Positions 13,235-23,850 of a stretch of DNA of 64,000 nucleotides are shown here, one piece after another. Positions within the stretch are counted from its first letter, which is position 1. Every line of letters starts with the position of its first letter. This DNA is from Vitrella brassicaformis CCMP3155. Its lineage: Eukaryota > Protista > Chromerida. The stretch covers positions 20,723 to 84,722 of the forward strand of contig CDMY01000411.1 in assembly GCA_001179505.1 (NCBI GenBank), given 5' to 3'. The translations under genes were made by a program, and so were the position numbers. The notes beneath the pieces are model-generated. The model ran no database searches. It was given only the letters and a program-made list of their open reading frames with translations, and was not told the DNA's origin.

Positions 13235-13352
13235 GGGTGGACAGGCAGGACAGGGCTCAGCAGCGACGGGATGTCCGGGCTCTGTCCGGGCTGGCTCGTC
13301 GTCCGGGCTCGACGAGCGAGCCCAGACACATGGGTAGCGGAGGCGAGAGTGT
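13235..13352. repeat. Dispersed hairpin-containing repeat, copy 2 (copy 1 at 6320-6415)
   Basis: Direct sequence match to 6320-6415, with an internal partial duplication of TCCGGGCT. Confidence 0.8.
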
Positions 13353-13865
13353 CCAGAATTGCTAACAGAGGTACGTGGAGCTGTCAGTTAGGTCCTTTGT
13401 CCAGCCCGTGAAACGGCTCACCTCTCAGTCAACTCTCAGTGCGCCTTTTGGCTCTATCGTCGCGGCCTTAATTACGTTGCGCCGCAGCGTTTCGGGTGCC
13501 AACGTTATTGCGCGAAGCAGCATCGCGCGAAGCAGCACCGCGCAAAGCCGCGTGTGTGCATTCAGAACAGCGGAACGATCGTTGGGGTTCAAAGGTCCAC
13601 GACACGGTGTTTGCATGGAAGTATGCGGAGTCTTCTCCCTCGTGGGACCGGTGGGTCCCGGGCGGACGAGCAGACAGAAGGCATTGGTGTCGCGAAATGC
13701 GAAGGAGAACTCCACGATGATAAAGGCGTCGGACTGTCGTAACGAGACGATGTTGCGTCAAAATTGGGAGCCTCGGCGTGGAAAAACAGAACGAAGGTGT
13801 GTTGTACATGTGCGTCATGGCGACGTCAGTCAAGACAGTACGGGCGCCGACTACTACCGATGCCA

Positions 13866-14820
13866 ACAGCCTACTTCAAAGCAATTGAAGGAGGCGTTGT
13901 TGAAGTAGGCTTTGTTGACTGTTGAAGCATGAGAATCCTAGGAGGCGTTGTTGAAGTACCACGGCGTCCGAACGAAAGGTGAAGACTGGTCGGATGGAAA
14001 AAACGAGGTGATATTTTGCGACTTGACGCTCGTTCGACATGATAAAAGCAGAGGTGCGTATTATGTCCACGATTGGTGAACCAGATCAGTGTCGTTGTAC
14101 ACGGTCTCCGAACCAAAGGTGTAGACTGGTCGGAATGGGAAAAACGAGGTTACAGTTCGCGACTTGACGCTCGTTCGACATGATAAAAGCAGAGGTGCTT
14201 ATTATGTCCAATTGATTATGTCCAAATCCTCGTTCTCATACGTTCCTGCGTTGTTCGCTTACGGCAATGTCGTCTACACCACTTTTTGGCACTCTCCGAT
14301 GCCGTGGTGGACCGTTACCCAGCCTCTCTTTCGGCTCGAGCCCATGTCTCATCATTCTTGAACACGAATACAATACCTTGCGGCGGCGCGTTGAAACCAA
14401 CAATCGGAGTGTGTCGGCTCACTAGGAAGAATACGGTGCATTTCGGCCAAATGCCGCACTCGGCGCCATTCTTGTACAATTGTTGGTTTCAAACAAGTGG
14501 TGGACCTACATGTGGCGTGTGGCTCGACCATCTGCGCGCTTCGTCCTGGTCTTGGTGGATGATCGAGAAAATGGGGTGTCTGATGCTCAGCCGTTCCCCG
14601 AAACGGTGAGCGATAATGGGAACGCCTCAGCAGCGACCCGCGGTGTACCCTGATGAGTCGTTTTCGTGGCTTCCGAATGCTCCCCGCGACGAGGAGACCT
14701 TGCGCAAGACGGTTTTAGGAGCTTGGAACTCATCGCTATTGCCAGTTGCAAGGCATGATTGGGTCCTGTTGCAGCGCGAACGAGTGTGGCTAGGGTCGGT
14801 CGCAAAAGTTGTGGTGGAGG
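13866..14820 (+). mobile_element. Probable highly decayed Tc1/mariner/IS630-like transposase remnant with an internal ~110-bp duplication
   Basis: Stop- and frameshift-interrupted translation gives fragments in the expected order: TSKQLKEALLK...YHGVR (HTH-like), DWSDGKNEVIFCD (like W..V.FSD), WFQTSGGPT (like FQQDNAP), then R.AVY...PRDEETLRKTVLGAWNS (like the C-terminal helix). Direct repeat 13960-14069 / 14100-14210. No TIR/TSD identified. Confidence 0.4.
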
Positions 14821-14840
14821 TTAAGTCAACGCGAGCGAAT

Positions 14841-17438
14841 ATGGAGCGTGTAGGATTATTCTTCTGTATCCTCACTGTTTTCCTTCCTTTCCTCTCCGCG
14901 CTGGACAGCCATTTCAGTCCGCGGGACGAACTCCGTCAGCTGTACCCGCCGTTCTACACTCGTGGAAATCACAGCTCTTCCGAGCTGCTCGCGTCAGCCC
15001 TTGGCAAGACCACAACGGGCGCCGAAGAGGCGGTCAGATGGCTGACATCCGGCAACGCATCTTCCCCACTGGCGATAGGCACCTTTGCGTCGTTCCTGCT
15101 GCACGCCCTGCACGCCTTGGCAGAGCCAGACAACGGTGACAGCGCCCGTCGAGTGCTGCGCGCCATCGATCTGATGCGCTCCCGTCTGCCGCTTGAAGCG
15201 CTGCTGACTTCCGGCTGGCCAGTATTCAGCATGCTCATGCATTTCCGCTCCGTGGTTGATGCGGCTGGCCTTGAGAGTGATTCAGTGTGTGCGGCGGGCA
15301 GCTGGGACCTGTTGTCTGAGGGACTGGAGTCAATCGACTCAGTTGCGCGACATGAGGGCATCTCTGTGTCTCTGGCAAATCATCTCACGGAGATGGCATC
15401 CAACATATCAGTTGTGTCCCAGGGACTCACCATAGGTGAAAGGAGCGAAATGGACACTGCTCACTTAAGAGAAAATAAGCCATATTCATTTCTCTTTGTA
15501 GGTAAGATCAACGAGTGTCCTCCAGGGTCTATGGCTGCATTGACCTTGTGGCACTTGGTGGCCGCACTGAGGAGCGGTGTTCCTGACTTGCCCCGTATTC
15601 TGCAAACCTATGTTTCCATTGCCGACGCACTGTGGCAATTCATGACGATCGAACAACTCACAAGCACGCGTACAAAAGCCGACTCGCATCTGCACATACC
15701 GGCTGCGTTCGTCTTGTGTTGGTGCACGTGTTTTAGGCTGGCGGATCTTAGAATGGCTCCAGCTTTTGGCAACTCAGGCGCCGAAAAAACAACAGCAAGG
15801 CAAGCCATAAGCAAAGATTAGTCTTCGGTGGTCCCACTTCTCCCTGCTCTGCCGCCCAGCCATGCCGCCCAGCCATGCCTCGAGGCAAGAGAGGTCCCGT
15901 GGCGTGTCGATCGACCAGTCAAGTGGGACTCACTTGGAATCGTCCTGCAGCAGATCCTGTTCGGCCTCGAATGGAACCTGTTTCCTTGGCACCTGTCTGT
16001 GCTTCCCGGGCAAGTCGTAAAATCCCCACATGTTCTTATCTGGCAATTTCTCTGTTGGCAGGCTACACAGGTCAGAACTGCAGTCAGATGCTTGAGGGGC
16101 ACACAAAAGAGTGCGGTCCATATGTAAGGCGCCCGGGAGGGTATACACTGGGAGTTAGGGCCGCGTACCATGGGGAGACATACTCTGGGTCTGTGGATCT
16201 GTCAGGACGATCGATGTTGTTTCCATCCTGATTACGGCGTGGCGCAAGTACCGTGCTCGCGATGGCGCAGCGCACAGCAGTTCGAGAAAACGACTTGGTA
16301 CCTGAGAAAGACTGACCACGACCGAAACTTGCAACACGCAGCGAGCTACGACAACTACCGCAGTTTGCCTGCCCAATTGGGCAAGGTGCTTGAGATGGGT
16401 TGTGGTCCGTTCACCCAGCTGAAGACACTCCTGGATGCGCGGCCGGATGTGACGGTGGAAAGCATTACGTTGGCGGATCCACTGGCGTTTCACTATATGG
16501 ATGGCGTAGAAAAATGTTCGTACCGCGAAGGCACGTTGAGAGGTTGGCCAACCCGCGTGATTTCGTTGCCGAATGAGTACCTCTCCCTTGAAGAGCGGTT
16601 CGATACGATTGTGATGATCAACGTCATTGAACATGTCATCGATGGCCTTACTTTGTTGCACAAGGCATTCTCGTTACTCTCTGACGGGGGAGTCTTGGTT
16701 TGGCATGAGAAGCTTAGGGACTCGTACAAGGGCTCGGCAATACTCTGCGAACAAGACGGTTGGCATTCATGCGGTCGAGAATTCGATTTGCATCCCATCC
16801 GCATCAAATCGAGCTTGGCAGACAGGTTTGTTGATTTATTCGACAGCTTGTACGACGAGCGGAATGCGGTTGAAACACGAAGAGTGCGCAGCTTCACGGG
16901 CGCCGGCGGCATTTACTATATTGGGCGGAAGTTAGGCACAGGACGTCCACACCCTCCTCACTTTCCCTACGAGAGCGGCTGCATCGAGTCGCGTATCCCT
17001 CGTCTTGTCTCCATTGTAATTTACGCCGCGAAAGAAACCTCTCCAACTGGGGCTCTCCAGGAGACGATAAAGACATACGTCGAGAGCGTGTTGGTTGATC
17101 GGGTCGTTCTCGTGTTCCGTGCAGGGCAACAGCTGCCTAAGCTGGAACGTTTTGCATCAAAGCTGATTCTCATAGGAGTTTCGTCGCCGGAACGCATTGA
17201 TGTTTTCTACAGGCAAATTGCGGCTTCGTTGTCTCTCGACCCGGTTCTTTTGTCCCCCACCGACTCGTCAGCACTCAACGACGACGAGCTGATCGAAGTG
17301 TTCCGCGCATTCAACAATGGTCTGGCCGGAAACCGAGCTCGAGGTGCTCTTCTGGTCCACCGCAAGGAGATGACTGCCAAAACCGTTGAAACTCTTCTCC
17401 CCGGACTACACTGTGCTGTTCTCGGTGTCTGCCTTTGA
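14841..17438 (+). CDS. Gene C: signal peptide + shared N-terminal module + EGF-like domain + class I SAM methyltransferase + diverged GT-A/GT64-like C-terminal segment
   Basis: MERVGLFFCILTVFLPFLSA start. Introns ~15435-15500, 15670-15736, 15800-15859 (GC), 16010-16061 (GC) and ~16123-16207. Spliced CSRSCSASNGTCFLGTCLCFPG|YTGQNCS is EGF-like. VLEMGCGPFTQL...FDTIVMINVIEHV...LLSDGGVLVWHE is the methyltransferase. The tail LVSIVIYA...VDRVVLVF resembles the GT64 N-terminus. Confidence 0.75.
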
Positions 17439-20400
17439 TGACACCCGTGCGAGACAGATCGTCCGGCATTGACAGGACAACAACCGAGACAGCAACTCGT
17501 GCAGCGATACCTCATGCCTAAGTCGGTGATTTCTCTGCTGTTTCTCCTCCTTTTCGGATGGAGCGTGTGTCGGACTATTCCCAAATCCCCTGAGAATGCA
17601 AACTAAGAACTCGCATCCAGCGACCCTCGTGCCCGCGAGACGGCGATCATGGACTACGATCGACACTGCTGCAAGGACTTGCGGCATTAGAACGGAAACT
17701 ACAGCAATTTTCCAGCCTTTCGGATGTGTATCGCGTTGAAAGGCTAGTGGAGAGACAGCAGTGTACATCAGGGGAGTCAACGTACCATCAGTCGGTCAGT
17801 CGCTTATGTATGTGGCCACATACACAGTGTCCACATACACATGTCTCCCTCCATGGTTGGTGTGTGTACGCCATGAATGACTGTGTGCGCTTCCTGCGCA
17901 TGGACGTGTCGACATGTGCGCCCAAGGAAGAATCAACATGCCCAAGGTCGGCCCTGTCTGACCTCTCACAGCATGTGTCTTCTGCCAATCAATCAGCCCC
18001 TTAGCGACTTGTATGTCAGATCCAATCCCTTCTGCACCGGCGTAGCCACGCACATCATCACATCATCTTCTGTGTCAGGCACTGTGCCCATGAGATGATC
18101 AAGCGACTCTCGATCGATCTCAGCAGGTGCTACAGAAGCATCGCGGTCAGCTGAGGCAATCGCTGCTCTGTCGCACACCAGACATCTCATCGAGAAGACC
18201 TGGCTCAACTCCTAGAGGGGGATCCCCTCTCACACTTGTCCAGCACGTACAGAGACGGTAGTAGCGCTCTCATAAGGTCGGCTGTGGACAGAGAGCGGAT
18301 GGGTGGGAAACATACACGGCATCATGATGTTCGTGTGTCAGGTTTCTGAACCGGAAGGTCAAGGACAAGAACCCGAAACAAGCATGTCTACTGGGTGCCT
18401 TCAGCCAAGTTTGTGTTGGGGACGGGCAGTTGTCGAGCGACATTATTCATTGATTGGTGTATTGAGTGCATGACTGTCGACACTTATCGGCTGCCTGCGC
18501 GACATACACCGCTGGTCAACAGTCGCTGCACTCTGTTGGCCTGGAACTGTGCGTCCCGAAGCATGTCACTGGCCGCCGATGCAAAAAGCATCGCACGAAA
18601 TGTATGCGCTTTCCATTCATCCGGCGGATCACTAAATGGTACGTCGGTTGATGTCACGAAAAGGTGCGTCGCTTTCTCCATGGCCAGTCTCACTGGGTAT
18701 CGCTTTTTCCTCCTCGAGTGCGCGAAGACGACCGCGACTGCTTCGTCAGGCGAAAGGTAGCCGCTTTTGGCTGCGGCTCTTTGTCGGATGTCGTTGCAAC
18801 AGTGATGAGGTCCCGTACTAGTCTATGGACACAAACAAGATATGGATGTCTTGCCCTGTCTGCTGGCTGAATGGAAGACTGGCTCACTTGTTGTAGACAT
18901 CCTTCATCTGCTTTTTGATGATTGTTTTGGGCGGCGAGAAGCCAGTTTCCATGTGCTCGGCAATGCCCGCGTACTGTAGGCATTGGTTTCCTTCAGTACA
19001 TGTGGCATGCCGTGTCTCTCGCCAAGTACGTGACTCACCTTGGGGTTGTGAGCGAAGATGGCGAAGTTGGGGTCGAACACAGCTTCGACAGTCAGCTCTC
19101 GAGCTTTCTTCCACCACGTGGCCAGATCCTTCTCGGTGGCGTCGAGTTCTCCTACCGTGTACTGCGGACATCAAAGCAAGAATGTGTGTGCGGATACATA
19201 CATGAGTGGATGAAGAGGACAATTTGTTGCTCTTGTGCTCACGGCTGGCAAAACGGAATGAACGAAGACCACGGCGTCGACACCGATAGACGACCAGCGG
19301 GGCAGACGATGGAGGTAGATGCCATCGGTCCAAGGCTTCCAGGACTGCGCGTTGTAGTGGATGGTATTGATCTTCCCCTCGAAGTCGTCCACGAACCCCT
19401 CCCTTTTGAACATGGCGTAGAGGTAGTTCTGTATTCGATCAATATGTGATGAACACAGGTAAGAGACATAACAGAGACAGCATGGTTAGCCCTTTAAGAG
19501 CCCTCAGCCCCTGCCCGCATACTACCGCTCGCTACGCTCGCTTCGCTCGCTTAGCTTACCACACTCAAGACAAGCCTGACGCCTTTCTCCGGGTTCCTGA
19601 TGGTGGGAATGGAAGGAAAACACTGTCCTTGCTGAATCGGCCATTCACGGTCCTACGCGACAGTCGGATGGCCCTTTCGGAGGGAAACTCGTTTGAGTGT
19701 CTCGATGGTCGTATCCAGCGACCACTGCAGATACGTACGTACATATCCACGAATGCCACACGTGTCGCGTCCGTTCGCCATTGTGGCTGGTGTCTGTCGT
19801 CATGTTGGCTTACGATGAAGGGCCAACCCTGCGGGTAAAGCGCTGGCAACTGATTGAGCTGAGACACCAAACGCATTTGTCTGTCCAGCCGTTTCCTTCT
19901 AGTCTTATGAGGGTTGGCCGCTACATACTTGTTTGGCTGCCGGGATGGTATCTACGAACACACGCGCATATTGGCAAAGACACATGACGATTCCTGTCTC
20001 TGCTCACCCACCCGGGCTAAGGCTGGCTGGCTGCCAGGATTCTGTGGCGTCAGGCGACACAAGCTGGACCACATTCTTGAGTCTCATCTGTGCACAGGCG
20101 CATCGGATATTCATTCGGCCATGATCTCATCAGGGAGAGGTCACACCGTACGTACCTGTGGGATCTGTTTGTGGGACTTGAAGGCCTCATCTAGCCGCTG
20201 ATTGAGCTTGAATGTCTCCCGGCGAGTCAGCTTGGCGTGAGTTTCTATCTCCTGCCGCAGGTGCACTTCGTCTGAACGCGTGCACCCGAGTGTCAATGAT
20301 AGTGTAGGTCGACCGTCGGACGCTTACCGATTAAAATGGCTGCATGGTGGTATCTGAAGCTGGCTTCATCCAGCAGGAGAGAAGGCGCCGACTGCAACGG

Positions 20401-21555
20401 AAGAGCTTGGCAGAGGTCAACTGATTGATTGATTGGTCTCTGCTCACCTCGTAGGACGCTTTGAGGTACTCGAAGAGAGTCTTCGAGACAGTGTCATGCC
20501 ACAGGCATCCCGAATGTGTATTCACAGCACGTGCAATGTGAGAGCCGGCACCCACGAATCCCAACATAAGCCTCCTCACCGCACCTTGAAGTAGTCGCGG
20601 ATGTCTTGCCTCATCTTAGCAAGAGCTAAAAAGTCGACATTTGAAGATGAACGAAAGGATGGCATATGTGCAGGGCAGGCAGCTGTTATGTACCCTTGGC
20701 CTTGAGCTTCATGTAGTCTTCACCGTCGGGGTAGCCGTTGGCTTCAGTATCCCACTCAGTCGCGACCGCCTGTATGTTTGTACAGTGAAGGAAGGCATGA
20801 AGGCCAGAAGTGCCAAGCCACTGACTGCCTTACCTCTGCCACGTATTCATCGCCGACCTGTGTCAATCAGTGGAAAGAGACAAGCTGCCAATCCTTTTGT
20901 ATTATTCTTCTCACTCACCCAGAGACCAACCAGGTCCACGCCACAGACCCGCTTGGATCCTTCTTCCTCGAATGCTTCTTCCTCGTCCTTGCACCCCTGC
21001 GGAGCAGCAACATTCAATGCATAGCGCACTCCGCCATGGGGAAGAGGACATAACCCACCGGTGTCCCGAGAGGCTTGTTGCAGCAGTCGTGTCGCCGTTT
21101 CAGCTCTTCAAGTGCAGTGCTCTTTCCCTGCATGTGTAGAGAGCTACAAGCCTGCATGCATGATTGAGGTCAACGTGCATTCACTTACCGAAGCTGGCGT
21201 CCCAGCCGACATGACCACGAGCTGCTCCATGCATACGGCAGACATCCAGCACAAGAGTCACACAGCCGTTCACTGTGACTCTGCACTGTGTGACTCACGA
21301 TCGTGCCAATGTACGCGACGTGACCGGCCTGTTTTTCCTGAGAGTGGCGCGAGGAGGTGGGGTGAATTCAAATATAGCACGACGAAACACAAATGTGAGA
21401 CAAGTCTGATCTCACCCATTGAGTCTCACCGTGTGGTTCCCATCAAGATTCGCATCCCAGGCACCGTCCCGCCGCACTCGCAAGGCAATGCCTCCAGGCA
21501 AGGAGAAGGCCAACAACAGAACAAGGCACGACATGACGACACACCAATCGGTCAT
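17406..21555 (-). CDS. Multi-exon secreted/membrane protein with a P-loop (Walker A) NTPase motif; function unknown
   Basis: Hydrophobic start MTDWCVVMSCLVLLLAFSLPGGIA at 21555. Phase-0 splicing across intron ~21128-21188 joins VVMSAGTPAS|GKSTALEELK (GxxxxGKST). More than 12 further GT-AG-bounded open exons follow (e.g. DEVHLRQEIETH, NYLYAMFKREGFVDDFEGKINTIHYNAQSWKPW). The 3' end is approximate. Confidence 0.55.
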
Positions 21556-21884
21556 TCCTTCCTGAAATTCCACTACATGCAAAGTGGGGGCCGAATGGGA
21601 TTAAATTATGCGCCGCACACTTGCAAAATTGCACGTGTGCCGGTGCCTGTCGATATGTCTGCGTGCGTGCATGCTCCTGGCTGCGCTCAAGTGATTTGTG
21701 TCGCTCGAGAGAATCGCCCACTCATATGCGCTGGCTGGACAGCTCTATGCTTTTCACCTCTCGTCAGCTCGTCCCTATGACACATCTTGCAATGCACACA
21801 TACATGTCTGGCTGCCTGCAGCACCTGGGCTGCTCCACTGACATGGCTCCAATCCGGATGCCCCTCTTCTTTGTCCGGATTGAC

Positions 21885-21921
21885 TAAACCCTAAAGTCAA
21901 AACCCTGAGCCCTAAACCCTG
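21885..21921 (+). promoter_or_regulatory. Telomere-like (AAACCCT[A/G]) repeat cluster / telo-box-like element in a divergent intergenic region
   Basis: TAAACCCTAAAGTCAAAACCCTGAGCCCTAAACCCTG, ~155 nt upstream of the PABPN1-like ATG. A regulatory role is inference. Confidence 0.5.
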
Positions 21922-22075
21922 CCAGTGGTAACCCACCACGACGGTGAAAATGGTAGCTTTCCCACATTGCTCCACGCAACCGCACACCGATCCTTGTCTG
22001 TCTGTGTTTGTGTGGGTGTCAGGTACCCAGAGTGTTCCCGGCGAGCATCCGGTCGACCAACAGAGAGTAGGCGCA

Positions 22076-23615
22076 ATGAGCGGAGCGGAGAAAGTAAGCG
22101 AGGCTTCCGCGTACTACAACCAGACTGATGTGGTGCCCAGCTGGGTGGAGAGGGAACTTGAGGTTGACCGCAGGAGTGTCTATGTGGTAAGGAGCCTTTC
22201 CTTCACACGCGTCGGTTGATGATCCTCTCACACTGCATGCATCTGTTCACCCGCCAGGGAAATTTGGACTACCACACGACGTGTGAAGAGCTCCAGGGTG
22301 AGAACGAAAAGAAGGAGGGGCAAGGGAATAAGCTGCAATGTTGGGGTGGGGTGCACTTGTGTGCGCGCAGAGCATTTCAAGTCGATTGGACCAATCAATC
22401 GGGTCACCATCCTTGTGGACAAGTACACAGGTAACACGACGGTCCCCTCTGAAGTGAACATTCATAACAAGACGGTGAAAACCCTCGTCCATTCACAGGT
22501 CACCCCAAGGGGTTCGCCTACATAGAGTTCATGGACGTCGAATCGGCCGAGAATGCCCTCACGCTCAACGAAACATCTTTTCGGTGCGATCACTGGGTGG
22601 ATGTGTGGATGTGTGCTGGTGAAGGCATCGACCAATCCGTCCACTCATGGCTTGTTTGTTCAGGCAGCGCGCCATCAAGGTTGTGCCCAAACGGACGAAC
22701 GTGCCCGGTCTGGGGCTGAGGAGAGGGGGAGGGGGAGGGGCCTACTCGGCTGGACCACCCAGGGGGCCGTCGAGATTCGGGGGAGCGCCCCGGCCATTCA
22801 GACCACCGCCCACTGGTTCGTTTGCGCAAGGCGAATTTCTGGGTTGATGGCATTCTTGCATGCAATATTTGTGCGTCTTGATGAATGATGGATCAGGCAT
22901 GGATGGCAGTGCTGCAGCTGCTGCTTCGTACGACCCCACGACAGCCAACCCCACCACAGCCAACGGTTCTTCGGTGTACTATTCCTCATCCTACAGCCCC
23001 TACGACTACAGCGCGTACATGACTGCCTACGCCGGGTACCCCTACGCCCCCTTTCCACTCACCCACCCCCCTGCAACTGCCGCCACTCATGCCTCCGCTC
23101 CATCGTCATCTGCGCCAGCACCAGCAGGCGACCCGTCCTCATCATCAGCCACGGCTAGCGGCGCCACGGCGGCCCTTCAGAGTCAGATGCAGGCGTACCA
23201 AGACTACGTCGCATCGGCGTACAAGGCCATGATGCAGGCGCAGACGGGCGCGACAGACGCGGGTGCGATGAGCAGTGTGGCGATGCCGTACTACTCTGCT
23301 TGGCCGGGCATGATGATGGGCATGGTCGGCACCGCACAGGCGGCGGTGTCGACAACCACCGCACCCGCCGCACCTACGGCTGCATCTGCGACAGCGAGCG
23401 CATCCGCGGACGCGTCCGCAGAGTCTGTGTCTGCATCTGTTGCGCAAGAGGTGTCGAGTGGCGCTGTGGCTGTACAGGAGATGGAGGGGGGTGCGGGTGC
23501 TGCGGGCAGCAGTAGCAGTAGCACAGATGCGGGTGGCGGGGCCGCTGCGTCGAGCACCGCGGCCACGAGCTGCGGTGCTGATGCGAGCAGTGCAGAACAG
23601 AAGAGCGGGGGATAG
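22076..23615 (+). CDS. PABPN1: Nuclear poly(A)-binding protein 2-like (single RRM), probably extended by a long Ala/Ser/Tyr-rich tail
   Basis: Exons give VDRRSVYV|[13 protein letters not shown]|[20 protein letters not shown]|..[27 protein letters not shown]|..[12 protein letters not shown], the PABP2 RRM signature. Unspliced stop at 22847. A GC-AG intron 22831-22896 joins in frame to the ORF ending at 23615. Confidence 0.85.
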
Positions 23616-23850
23616 ATGCTGACAATGGATGGATGGATGTTACCCATGAGTGTTTGACAAACATGACGGCACGTCTCCCGTGGCAAATGGCATAGCGGAA
23701 TCCGGAGGACCCTGTGTGCATAAGCAGTATTAGGGTAGTTCAACCCTGAAACAAATCCGTACTCGATTCTTGCACCCGCAGGGTCACTGTCGACTATCAT
23801 CGTGCAAGGCGTCTGATCACTGAGTCTAGTTCATCACTGATCAGACGCTC

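Noticed and set aside
13960-14210. Two ~110-bp direct repeats as a CRISPR array or AP2 repeats
   Set aside because: Only two long units in a eukaryotic context. They fit a local duplication within the putative transposase relic better, and the VRHDKSRGAYYV resemblance to AP2 is too short to support.
14616-14840. N-terminal extension of the 401-aa ORF as part of gene C
   Set aside because: The signal peptide starts at ATG 14841, and the homologous upstream sequence of E has an in-frame TGA.
19524-19556. CGCTCGCT(A/T) x3 mini-repeat
   Set aside because: Intronic simple repeat with no wider pattern.
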